In this document: positions 17,663-26,123 of the stretch, in pieces | How the letters are laid out: every line of letters begins with the position of its first letter | Position numbering within the stretch: the stretch's first letter is position 1 | Assembly (NCBI GenBank): GCA_963765875.1 | Contig: CAVXYK010000025.1 | Span: 48,153-80,152, forward strand | Length of the DNA stretch: 32,000 bases | From: an uncultured Chloroflexia bacterium | GTDB taxonomy: Bacteria; Chloroflexota; Anaerolineae; Caldilineales; Caldilineaceae | Direction of reading: 5' to 3' | Position numbers and translations under genes: made by a program | The notes under the pieces: generated by a model | Seen by the model: only the letters and a program-made list of their open reading frames with translations | Database searches by the model: none | Told to the model about the DNA's origin: nothing

Positions 17663-17798
17663 AGCGTATACCCTGTTCATAATAAGAAGCGGTCCGAGAA
17701 GTATCGGCCAATAAACGGTACGACGGACTGACCTTTCTATCAACCGGCGATCAGCAGGCAATGATGTGCCCTGGCCCATAAAGAAACGTCTAGAAAGA

Positions 17799-18395
17799 TC
17801 AATCCTGTTCCAACTTGATCGGCTGGCGCTGCAATCGATAGCGAAAGTCACAGAATGGGGCGCCGTCCATGATCGTTTGAGTCCGTGTCAACGCAACGTC
17901 AGTATTGAATCCTTCGATCAATGCGTTGTCCCGATTGCAGGAGAGTAACGCGCCCAACTCGGGGATACCAAGTGACCGATAGAGTTCAGCATACCGGCAA
18001 CGGGTTACGTTGAAAGAAAATGTCTGCTCATCGCGTGCGATCAGGTCGATCTCCAGCGCATCGTCTTTTGTCCAGAACTGTAGCGACTCGGCAAAGGCAT
18101 CGAGCGAATCACCACCCATGGCCTCAACGAGCTGCGCACCTTGCTCATGTGCGATGCGGATGATGGCGTCGCGCACGACATCATGGACGGCATCTCGTCC
18201 AAATTCGTTGGACAGCGCATCCAGAATCGGCGCAAGCACGCGTGCTTCCACCTCGCGTCTTGTCAACACGCCGATCAGTGCATTCAAGTTGTCCGGCTTC
18301 GACACGCTCTCCCCTGAGTCCTGCACTTGTTCTTCCAATTGATACCTCCCGCGGGTACTTCTGTCAACGCACCGACAACAGCTTCTGCCGGTCAT
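17799..18395 (-). CDS. L-2-amino-thiazoline-4-carboxylate hydrolase-like family protein
   Basis: The C-terminal region [11 protein letters not shown]...LSCNRD...GAPFCDFRY resembles the ATC-hydrolase family as I remember it. The ATG at 18395 overlaps the upstream stop as ATGA. Confidence 0.5.
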   Translation of the reverse strand: MTGRSCCRCVDRSTRGRYQLEEQVQDSGESVSKPDNLNALIGVLTRREVEARVLAPILDALSNEFGRDAVHDVVRDAIIRIAHEQGAQLVEAMGGDSLDAFAESLQFWTKDDALEIDLIARDEQTFSFNVTRCRYAELYRSLGIPELGALLSCNRDNALIEGFNTDVALTRTQTIMDGAPFCDFRYRLQRQPIKLEQD

Positions 18396-19189
18396 ATCAT
18401 GGGTACCAGAATGTGGCCTGCTTCGAGAGAGCCATAGATCTGTGTACGTTTCGGTCCATGATGCCACAGATAGCAGGCAATGTACGCACACGAAACTGCA
18501 TCAAGTCGATCTTCATGGGCTTTGAGCGCTTTGCCGCGCATGGCAGACAAGTCACTGCTCAGCAGTTCGTCAAGCCCGGCGGCAATCGGCGGATCACCAT
18601 CGCTCAACTTCGCTAGATAGCTATGGTATCGTTCAAACTCAACATGTCGATCGGCAAGCGACCTGCCTTTGCGCGCCTTGTACTTCAGCGTCTTCGCCAA
18701 GCCAAAGAGCGTGACGTGGGCCGGATGGGGATAGACTTCGCAGACGATTCGCCGTCGAGTACGCTGCGGAATCTCCGCACTTTCATCAAACCCGCAACAC
18801 GATCGCAACATGGCGACAAGGGCTTCGCCACGAACGTTTCCATCGACCGTCAGCAGGTTGCGGTTGGCGGGCAACGCGCCGGCATCAAAGCGTCGCCAGT
18901 CGGTCGACAGATCGCGATCGCACTGCCGCGAACCAGTTTCATTCGGCACACGCAACGGCGCGTCAATGCCGATGACAGCAGGCGCTCCATCCGACACCCA
19001 CTGTTTCACGAAGCCGACAATCTCGTCATCCGATCCCAGATCGCCGGTCGATGCCAGCAACGCACCGTCTCGAATGACCGCGCCGCCGCTGGCATTGCGA
19101 TGGCTCCATGCCAGATCAATGCCGACAAAGGTAGCAGAAGGTGCAGTCACAAGCAAGACCTGCTTATGCTGAGGCCCAGAGGTGGGCAT
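18392..19189 (-). CDS. DUF429-like (RNase H-fold) protein
   Basis: FVGIDLAW...VIGIDAPL pattern. The start is uncertain: ATG 19189 overlaps thrC by 26 nt, and an in-frame GTG at 19150 is the alternative. Confidence 0.5.
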   Translation of the reverse strand: MPTSGPQHKQVLLVTAPSATFVGIDLAWSHRNASGGAVIRDGALLASTGDLGSDDEIVGFVKQWVSDGAPAVIGIDAPLRVPNETGSRQCDRDLSTDWRRFDAGALPANRNLLTVDGNVRGEALVAMLRSCCGFDESAEIPQRTRRRIVCEVYPHPAHVTLFGLAKTLKYKARKGRSLADRHVEFERYHSYLAKLSDGDPPIAAGLDELLSSDLSAMRGKALKAHEDRLDAVSCAYIACYLWHHGPKRTQIYGSLEAGHILVPMI

Positions 19190-20345
19190 ACTTCAGACCA
19201 GACCCGGTATTGAAAAGAACGACAGTCTCATCGCTCTTGATCCAGCCACTTTCGAGCAGATGCACCTGGGCTGCCAGACAGGCGGCGCCCTCAGGCGCGG
19301 GGAATATGCCGGTATTCCGGCCCATGATGCCGGCATAGTCAAGCATGGCCTCATCAGGCACAGAGAGGGCCGTACCCTGACTGCTGCGCAGGGCCTTCAG
19401 AATGAGGAAATCGCCCACGGCAGCAGGCACGCGCAGTCCATCGGCGACGGTGGCCGCGCCCACCCACGGCTCTGCAAACTCGTCTCCCTGATCGAAGGCA
19501 CGGACAATCGGCGCACAGCCGGTGCTCTGCACACTGACCATGCGTGGGCGCTTCGCCCCGATCAGCCCCATTTCTTCCATCTCATCGAACGCCTTCCACA
19601 TACCGACAAGCCCTGTACCGCCGCCTGTGGGATAGATGATCACATCGGGCAGCGTCCAGTCCATCTGCTCGGCAACCTCGTAGCCCATGGTCTTCTTGCC
19701 TTCGATGCGATAGGGTTCTTTCAACGTGCTCACATCGAACCAGCCATGAACCTCGACGCCCTCGCGCACCTTGACGCCACAATCGGTGATGAGTCCGTCG
19801 ACCAATGTCACCGTTGCGCCGAGTTGGTCACATTCCACCTGAAAGAGGCTGGGCACATCTTGCGGCATGTAGACATGGGCAGGCAGACCGGCGGCAGCAG
19901 CATAGGCGCTCATGGCCCCGGCAGCGTTGCCGGCACTGGGGATGGCAAGCTCTTTGGCCCCAAGCTCAAAGGCACGGCTGACAGCGATGCTGAGCCCGCG
20001 GGCCTTGAAGCTGCCTGTCGCATTGACGCCCTCGTCTTTGATGTAGGTATTGGGACAACCAATCTCTTCGCCCAGGCGTTCGGCACGACGCAACGGGGTC
20101 CAGCCCTCGTGCAGGCGCAGCATCGCCTCTGTCTTGCGGATCGGCAGTACTTCCTCGTAGCGCCAGAGGCTCGGTTCGCGCGAGCGAAGGGCCTCCTTGG
20201 TCATCGTCTTAGCAGCGTTTGCCAATTCATATCTGGCCAGAAGCGGCTTGCCGCACTCGTCGCAAAGATTGACCAACTGATCGGCGTAGTGGTTTTTTCC
20301 ACAGTAACCACATTCAAGATGAGTGAGCGTTGACTTTGTATCCAT
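19164..20345 (-). CDS. thrC: threonine synthase-family PLP enzyme with an N-terminal Zn ribbon
   Basis: CGYCGK...CDECGKPL Zn ribbon. PLP-lysine motif GSFKARG. Start chosen at MDTKSTLTHLEC (ATG 20345). Confidence 0.8.
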   Translation of the reverse strand: MDTKSTLTHLECGYCGKNHYADQLVNLCDECGKPLLARYELANAAKTMTKEALRSREPSLWRYEEVLPIRKTEAMLRLHEGWTPLRRAERLGEEIGCPNTYIKDEGVNATGSFKARGLSIAVSRAFELGAKELAIPSAGNAAGAMSAYAAAAGLPAHVYMPQDVPSLFQVECDQLGATVTLVDGLITDCGVKVREGVEVHGWFDVSTLKEPYRIEGKKTMGYEVAEQMDWTLPDVIIYPTGGGTGLVGMWKAFDEMEEMGLIGAKRPRMVSVQSTGCAPIVRAFDQGDEFAEPWVGAATVADGLRVPAAVGDFLILKALRSSQGTALSVPDEAMLDYAGIMGRNTGIFPAPEGAACLAAQVHLLESGWIKSDETVVLFNTGSGLKYAHLWASA

Positions 20346-20485
20346 CCGGTTTGGATCCTTATCGGAATCTAGATGATCGGTTGACAATGGCAACGGGCTA
20401 AGAACAGATCGGCATGATAGCAATGGTATAGTGTTCGCACTGCGTTTTGAAGTGAGTCATTGTCCGCATACAACTTAGCGACACC

Positions 20486-20550
20486 AACCTCCGGGAGGTG
20501 GTCACGAAATTCCAGGTAAGCGAACTGGTGCTGACCACCTCCCGGAGGTT
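20486..20550. repeat. 19-bp perfect inverted repeat with a 27-nt spacer; each arm contains the palindrome CCTCCGGGAGG
   Basis: aacctccgggaggtggtca (20486-20504) pairs with tgaccacctcccggaggtt (20532-20550). It lies in the divergent thrC/isomerase intergenic region. Confidence 0.6.
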
Positions 20551-20760
20551 ACTTGCGGGCAGTCACTATACATTTGCGCCTTCGCTGGTGGCTCAGGACG
20601 GCGGCGCAAATAAGGCCTTCGGCAGTATCGACGAAGATTCGAGCGCCTATCGACACTTTTTTGTCGATGCCATTTCGTAAGCGCCCAAGTGTTCAGATAG
20701 AATCTCTAGCTCATACAACAATGACGGACATCCAACCAATCGCATGAAAGGCATTTCGTT

Positions 20761-21675
20761 ATGGACAATCCTCAACTAGACATTCGTATCGGCACCATCG
20801 TACAAGGCACGGCCACAGCAGGTGACTACGTTGCACAGATCATTCCCCATGGCTTCGAGTCATTCCAACTCTTCTTCTGGCAACAGATCCCGGATGATGT
20901 CGATCTGCCCAAGATAGCCGACGACATCCGTACCGCCATCGGCGACCGGGATATCACCATCTCTTCGCTGGAGATCTGTGGCAACCCATTGGACGACAGG
21001 GAGATTGATCGTAAATCGCTGGAGGCGTGGGAGCGGCTGATAGATAACGCCCACCACTTTGGAGCCGGCATCGTCGCCGGCTTCACCGGCCGACTGCGAG
21101 GCAAGTCAATCCCCGATTCCATGCCCCGTTTCCAAGCGGTCTTCACCCCGCTAATCGAACGAGCGGCGGCCAAGGGCTTGCGCATCGCCTTCGAAAACTG
21201 CCCGATGGACGGCAACTGGCAGAGCGGCGACTGGAATCTGGCCCATAATCCGGCAGCCTGGGCGTTGATGTTCGATGCCGTTCCGGCTGAAAACATGGGC
21301 CTGGAGTGGGAACCGTGCCACCAGATGACCCAGTTGATCGACCCCATGCCCCAACTGCGTACCTGGGGTCACAAGATGTTCCACATTCACGGAAAGTGCG
21401 CCACCATCAAATGGGACGTCGTACGCGAGTACGGCATCGGCGGGGCCGAGCCCTTCGTCTTCCATCGAACGCCCGGCTTCGGCGACTGCAACTGGACTGA
21501 TATCATCAGCGATCTGCGGCGTGGCGGCTTCCAGGGAGAGATCGACATCGAGGGCTGGCACGACCCGGTCTACCGCGGCGATCTGGAGATGACCGGCCAG
21601 GTCCACGGGCTCAACTACCTCAAACTGTGCCGCGGCGGGGCCTACGTGCCCAATCCCGTGGTGGACGAGGGATAG
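20761..21675 (+). CDS. sugar phosphate isomerase/epimerase (xylose isomerase-like TIM barrel)
   Basis: 304 aa. The pattern FENCP...WEPCH...HIHGKC...IDIEGWHD is typical of the AP-endonuclease-2/xylose-isomerase-like fold. Confidence 0.7.
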   Translation: MDNPQLDIRIGTIVQGTATAGDYVAQIIPHGFESFQLFFWQQIPDDVDLPKIADDIRTAIGDRDITISSLEICGNPLDDREIDRKSLEAWERLIDNAHHFGAGIVAGFTGRLRGKSIPDSMPRFQAVFTPLIERAAAKGLRIAFENCPMDGNWQSGDWNLAHNPAAWALMFDAVPAENMGLEWEPCHQMTQLIDPMPQLRTWGHKMFHIHGKCATIKWDVVREYGIGGAEPFVFHRTPGFGDCNWTDIISDLRRGGFQGEIDIEGWHDPVYRGDLEMTGQVHGLNYLKLCRGGAYVPNPVVDEG

Positions 21676-21677
21676 TG

Positions 21678-21801
21678 AAAAAAAGCAATTTGCCACAGAT
21701 AAACACAGAATTCCACAGATGATTCGCAATTTTCCCGGCGGTACAAAATCCTTCTAGAAAACATCTGTGAAAATCTGAGCCCATCTGTGTTTATCTGTGG
21801 C
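21678..21801. repeat. CACAGAT-syllable palindromic element (18-bp perfect terminal stem)
   Basis: aaaaaaagcaatttgccacagataaacacaga...catctgtgaaaatctgagcccatctgtgtttatctgtggc. It lies between convergent genes. Confidence 0.75.
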
Positions 21802-21818
21802 TGATCCCTTACTCTTTA

Positions 21819-23012
21819 TCAATACTTCACATCGACGTGTCGGCGGTTGTCCGAGGACTCCAAGATCGCATCGCAGACCACGGCGGCGCGATAACCGTCG
21901 TTGAAGTCGGCTCCGTGGGGCGCGACCTCGCGGTCGTTGACGATACAGTCCAGCAGATGAGAGATCTCGTGGACGAAGGTGTGCTCCCAGCCGATCATGT
22001 GACCTTGGGGCCACCAGTTCTCCCACCAGGGATGATAGGGCTCTGAGACCAGCACCTGATGGAAACCACGGGTCTCCTTGGGCTCATCGTCGTTCCAGAA
22101 GACTTCCATCTCGTTGAAGCGCTCAAGATCGTAGCGGATGCTGCCCTTTTCGCAGTTGATCTCGAAGCAGTTGGCATTCTTATGGCCGGCTGCAAAGCGA
22201 GTCGACTCCAGTGTGCCCAACGCCCCATTCTCAAACTCAACAGTGGAGACGAAAGCATCGTCTACATCGACCGTGCCCATGGTGCCGTCGTCCCAGGGAC
22301 GTTCGGTGACGAAGGTGCGGGCCATTGCGCTGACGCTGGAGATGCCGCCGACCAGGTAGTGAGCCAGGTCAATGATGTGGGCGCCGAGGTCGCCGAGCGC
22401 ACCGCTGCCTGCATTCTCCTTGGTAAGCCGCCAGATCATGGGCATGTTGTAGTGAGGCATGATCCATTCCTGCAGATACGATGCCCGGAAATGATAGACC
22501 CGGCCCATGGCCCCGCTATCGAGGAGATAGCGAATCTGACGCACTGCTGGCACGAAGCGGTAGTTGAAAGCGACCATGTGCTTGACGCCGGCCTTGTTGA
22601 CCGCGTCGAGCATGGCCTTGGACTCCTCAGCGTTTCGCCCAAGCGGCTTCTCGCAGAGGATGTGCTTGCCGGCCTGAGCGGCAGCGATACAGGGTTCGGC
22701 ATGGGCATCGTTGGGGCCGCCGTTGTCAAACAACTGGATATCATCGTTCTCCAGCATATCTCGCCAATCGGTGTAGTAGCCTTCATAGCCGAAGCGCTGG
22801 GCTGCCGCCGCCACTGCGGCCTCGTTGCGACCGGCCACCGCCACCATCTTCGGGATCGCCGGCGGCGGATACATCATGTAGGGAATCGTCTTGTAGGCGT
22901 TGCTGTGGGCCTTGCCCATGAAGGCATAGCCGAGCATGCCAACGCCAATTTCAGGGATATCTTCGCCGACTGCGCCGGCAGCCATTGAGGTGAATCCACC
23001 ACCTTCAGCCAT
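21819..23012 (-). CDS. Gfo/Idh/MocA-family NAD(P)-dependent oxidoreductase
   Basis: The Rossmann N-terminus IGVGMLGYAFMGKAH and the EKP motif (ILCEKPL) are present. AAGGAG Shine-Dalgarno. Confidence 0.85.
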   Translation of the reverse strand: MAEGGGFTSMAAGAVGEDIPEIGVGMLGYAFMGKAHSNAYKTIPYMMYPPPAIPKMVAVAGRNEAAVAAAAQRFGYEGYYTDWRDMLENDDIQLFDNGGPNDAHAEPCIAAAQAGKHILCEKPLGRNAEESKAMLDAVNKAGVKHMVAFNYRFVPAVRQIRYLLDSGAMGRVYHFRASYLQEWIMPHYNMPMIWRLTKENAGSGALGDLGAHIIDLAHYLVGGISSVSAMARTFVTERPWDDGTMGTVDVDDAFVSTVEFENGALGTLESTRFAAGHKNANCFEINCEKGSIRYDLERFNEMEVFWNDDEPKETRGFHQVLVSEPYHPWWENWWPQGHMIGWEHTFVHEISHLLDCIVNDREVAPHGADFNDGYRAAVVCDAILESSDNRRHVDVKY

Positions 23013-23032
23013 TGTTTGTGCTCCTTTGTGTT

Positions 23033-23125
23033 GGGGAATGGGAATTGGGGATTAGTGATTAGGGAAGTGACGAAGCAGTCGCCTACTCTCCCGATCCCTA
23101 ATCCCAATTCCCTAATCCCTTTTTG
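23033..23125. repeat. GGGATTAG/GGGAATTG-syllable palindromic element
   Basis: ggggaatgggaattggggattagtgattaggga...tccctaatcccaattccctaatcccttttt. It is intercistronic on the minus strand. Confidence 0.7.
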
Positions 23126-23129
23126 TCCA

Positions 23130-24128
23130 CTATCCTTCAGCAAACGCGGCATCAAAGGCCACATTCGACGGATCAAAGTCCTGGCTGCGAACCAGCGCCA
23201 GCGATTCCTGGGCGCCGAACTCGCGGTCCATGCCGCTGTCCTCCCACTCAATGGAGAGCGGGCCTTGATAGCCGACACGATTCAACGCCCGGATGATCGG
23301 ATCCCATTTGACGTCGCCATGACCCGGCGAGACGAAGTCCCAGCCGCGTCGATAGTCGCCGAAGTCCAGATGAGAGGCCAGGATACTGTTGCGGCCAGTC
23401 AACTGAATGCGCGAGTCCTTGATGTGGGCGTGATAGATGCGATCCGGGAAGGCGTTGATCAACTCAACCGGGTCCAAGAACTGATGGATCAAATGACTGG
23501 GATCAAAGTTGATGCCGAAGGCCGGGTGAAAGTCGACGGCTTCCAAGGCGCGCTGCATGGTGATGATGTCGTACGCGATCTCGGTGGGGTGAACTTCCAG
23601 CCCAAACTTGATGCCGTCGGCCTGGAATGAGTCGAAGATTGGCGTCCAACGCTCGGCGAAATCGACATAGCCTACGTCGATATCGGCCTGGCTGGTCGGC
23701 GGGAAGAAGTAGAGCTTGGCCCAGACGCTACTGCCCGTAAAGCCGTTGACGACGTCAACGCCAAAGAGCTTGGCGGCCTTGCCCGTGTTGATGATCTCCT
23801 GGGCAGCACGTTGGCGCACACCTTCGGGTTCACCATCGCCCCACACGTACTCGGGTAGAATGCCCTTGTGGCGGTTGTCGATGGGGTCGCAGACACACTG
23901 GCCCACGAGATGGTTGCTAATCGACCAACAGTTCAGGCCATTCGCCTCCAGCAGATCGCGTTTTTCGCGGACGTAGCTGTCGCTTTCCAGCGCTTTGTCT
24001 ACTTCGAAGTGATCGCCCCAACAGGCCAGTTCCAGGCCGTCAAAGCCCCACTCGCCGGCCATCTTGGCCAGGGTCTCCAGCGGCAAATCCGCCCATTGTC
24101 CGGTAAATAGAGTTACGGGTCTTGCCAT
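23130..24128 (-). CDS. sugar phosphate isomerase/epimerase (xylose isomerase-like TIM barrel)
   Basis: 332 aa. N-terminus [33 protein letters not shown], then HPTEIAYD and HAHIKD motifs. Confidence 0.75.
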   Translation of the reverse strand: MARPVTLFTGQWADLPLETLAKMAGEWGFDGLELACWGDHFEVDKALESDSYVREKRDLLEANGLNCWSISNHLVGQCVCDPIDNRHKGILPEYVWGDGEPEGVRQRAAQEIINTGKAAKLFGVDVVNGFTGSSVWAKLYFFPPTSQADIDVGYVDFAERWTPIFDSFQADGIKFGLEVHPTEIAYDIITMQRALEAVDFHPAFGINFDPSHLIHQFLDPVELINAFPDRIYHAHIKDSRIQLTGRNSILASHLDFGDYRRGWDFVSPGHGDVKWDPIIRALNRVGYQGPLSIEWEDSGMDREFGAQESLALVRSQDFDPSNVAFDAAFAEG

Positions 24129-24161
24129 GATAATGTCCTTTCAGTCAGTTGCGGTTGTCTA

Positions 24162-24275
24162 TTTTTCACCACAGAGACACGGAGGGGGCACGGAGGACAG
24201 AGAGAAAAGCAATTTCAATCCCTGCTTTTCCTCCGTGTCCCTCCGTGGTTCTCTGTGCCTCAATGGTGAAAGCTT
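24162..24275. repeat. CACGGAG/CACAGAG-syllable palindromic element
   Basis: tttttcaccacagagacacggagggggcacggagga...tcctccgtgtccctccgtggttctctgtgcctcaatggtgaaagctttt. Confidence 0.75.
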
Positions 24276-24283
24276 TTGCTAAA

Positions 24284-24664
24284 CTACAATCCCAAATAGT
24301 CATCCTCGATGGTTGTGATCTCGATCAGATTGCCGAACGGATCACGGATGAAGTAGCGCGGCCGGCCTGGCACCGGCGTCGTGCCCACAACTGCGACGCC
24401 TTCGCCCATTAGCCGTTCACGCAACGCCTCCACGTTTTCCACAGCGATACAAAAATGGCGGCCGGAGTGATCTTGCCCGGTCGATTCTTCGACCAGCAGA
24501 TGCAGTTCAGTGCTGTCGAGCTGATACCAGATCAAGTTGCTCTCCGCCAACGAACGAGGCGGCTCGATCTCCTCAAGGCCCAACAGTTCGCCGTAGAAAT
24601 GGCGGGCAGTGTCGTCACTCCCCGGCGGACGAGGGACGCTCACATGTTGAATTCGGATACCCAT
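24284..24664 (-). CDS. VOC-family (glyoxalase/bleomycin-resistance/dioxygenase fold) protein
   Basis: 126 aa. IQHVSVPRP...ARHFYGELLGLEEI...HFCIAVENV...DPFGNLIEI is a typical VOC beta-alpha-beta-beta-beta pattern. GAGGAG Shine-Dalgarno. Confidence 0.75.
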   Translation of the reverse strand: MGIRIQHVSVPRPPGSDDTARHFYGELLGLEEIEPPRSLAESNLIWYQLDSTELHLLVEESTGQDHSGRHFCIAVENVEALRERLMGEGVAVVGTTPVPGRPRYFIRDPFGNLIEITTIEDDYLGL

Positions 24665-24704
24665 GGATCAACGCTCCTCATTGAGTGATACAATTACCTG
24701 TAGC

Positions 24705-24766
24705 ACGACATTTATGTCGTAGCCTACCGGCTCATCTGATAGTCGGCACTGCGACATAAATGTCGC
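24705..24766. repeat. pair of CGACAT-N-ATGTCG micro-hairpins in opposite orientation
   Basis: acgacatttatgtcgt (24705-24720) and gcgacataaatgtcgc (24751-24766). Related hairpins occur at 14744-14773 (gggcccatcgacatttttatgtcggtgggcc) and 20649-20668 (atcgacacttttttgtcgat). Confidence 0.6.
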
Positions 24767-24791
24767 CTTACAAAGTCAGCCGTCTAGCATG

Positions 24792-25784
24792 CTAGCGCGC
24801 CTCAAACACATCAGGATTGACCACATCCTGCGGGCGCGAGCCGCTGAAGAAGGCCAGCACCCGCTCCACGGCCATGCGCTCCATGCGCAGACGTCCGTCC
24901 ATGGTCAACGAGGCGATGTGCGGCGTGGCGATGATGCTGGGGTGATCACGCAGGCGCGAATTCACCGGCGGCGGCTCCGACGCGAAGACATCCAGCCCGG
25001 CGCCGGCCAGTTTGCCGCTGTCGAGCGCGTCCAGCAGCGCGGCCTCATCAATCAGTGGCCCGCGCGCCATGTTGAGCAGATAGGAGCCGTCCTTCATCTG
25101 AGCGAGCCGTCTGCTGTCCATCATGCCGATGGTCTCCGGCGTGGCCGGCACATGCAGGCTCAGGAAATCAGCGTCGGCGATCACTTCGTCCAGATCGACC
25201 AGCGCCACACCCATCTGGGCGGCGTGCTCTTCCGTCACAAAGGGGTCGCAGCCGATGATCGTCATGTTGAGCCCGAGGCGGCAGATCTCCGCCACCCGTC
25301 GTCCGATGCGCCCCAGGCCCACCAAGCCAAGCGTTTTGCCCATTACCTCGGTGCCAATGAGCGGGGCCTTGCGCGGGCCAAATTTGCCGGCGGCCAAGTT
25401 GTTGTTGCCATGCTTGAGACTCTTGGCCAGGCCCAGCAGCATGGCCACAGTGTGTTCAGCGGTCGATTCTGTGGGCCCGTCAGGCGTGTTGGTCACAACG
25501 ATGCCGCGCTCGGTGGCGTCGGCCAGATTCACATTGTCGACGCCGATGCCGGTGCGTGCAATCATGGCCAGATTGGGCAAGCCATCCATGGCAGCACCAT
25601 CATAGTCCACACGGGATGAGGCGATGATCACCTGAGCTGCGAGCGCGTTGTCGAGGGGCGAGGCGGCACCAGAAACAGCGTCAATGACCGTAACCGATCC
25701 GGGCAACATAGCCAGTGTTTGAGGAAAAAGCGGCGCTTCCAGCCAGAGATGGGTCAGGTCATCAAGGGTGCGTTTGGACTCCAC
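24792..25784 (-). CDS. D-isomer-specific 2-hydroxyacid dehydrogenase (PGDH/GyaR-like)
   Basis: NAD-binding site GLVGLGRIGRRVA. The catalytic region has ARGPLIDE and TPHIAS. I prefer the GTG at 25784 (GGAGA 6 nt upstream) over the TTG at 25838. Confidence 0.8.
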   Translation of the reverse strand: MESKRTLDDLTHLWLEAPLFPQTLAMLPGSVTVIDAVSGAASPLDNALAAQVIIASSRVDYDGAAMDGLPNLAMIARTGIGVDNVNLADATERGIVVTNTPDGPTESTAEHTVAMLLGLAKSLKHGNNNLAAGKFGPRKAPLIGTEVMGKTLGLVGLGRIGRRVAEICRLGLNMTIIGCDPFVTEEHAAQMGVALVDLDEVIADADFLSLHVPATPETIGMMDSRRLAQMKDGSYLLNMARGPLIDEAALLDALDSGKLAGAGLDVFASEPPPVNSRLRDHPSIIATPHIASLTMDGRLRMERMAVERVLAFFSGSRPQDVVNPDVFEAR

Positions 25785-25987
25785 AAGGCGTCTCCAACAG
25801 GCTGGGTGGTTCGATGAATAATAATGGCGCCGGAGCAAGAGCCTGAAACAGAAGCTCCAAAGGCGGCACAGTCTTTCGGGAGCGCTATCCAGTCAGGATT
25901 ATATCATGATTTTTGGGTCGCACGAAAAGCGTCTGGCAGGGCAAAAGTGTGTAGAAGAATGACGGAAATGAAAGGGAGGAGACCAAA

Positions 25988-26016
25988 TTGACAGCCACTG
26001 AGGAATGAAATATAGT
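25988..26016 (+). promoter_or_regulatory. near-consensus sigma70-like promoter of the GRE gene
   Basis: TTGACA (25988-25993), a 17-nt spacer, then TATAGT (26011-26016). The -10 sits inside the inverted repeat aaatat-agtttac-atattt. The predicted 5' UTR is about 100 nt. Confidence 0.55.
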
Positions 26017-26123
26017 TTACATATTTGCTTGGCAGAGGATTTAGGTTTCTCGGTTATGCCTGATAGTCGGACCTTCAGATTCGGCCTGCACGCATTTCCC
26101 CAAATATCCGATGGAGGATGAAC

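Noticed and set aside
20401-20472. A 23-codon minus-strand sORF (MRTMTHFKTQCEHYTIAIMPICS) upstream of thrC considered as a threonine/isoleucine leader peptide.
   Set aside because: Thr and Ile codons are scattered rather than clustered. No terminator or alternative pairing follows the ORF.
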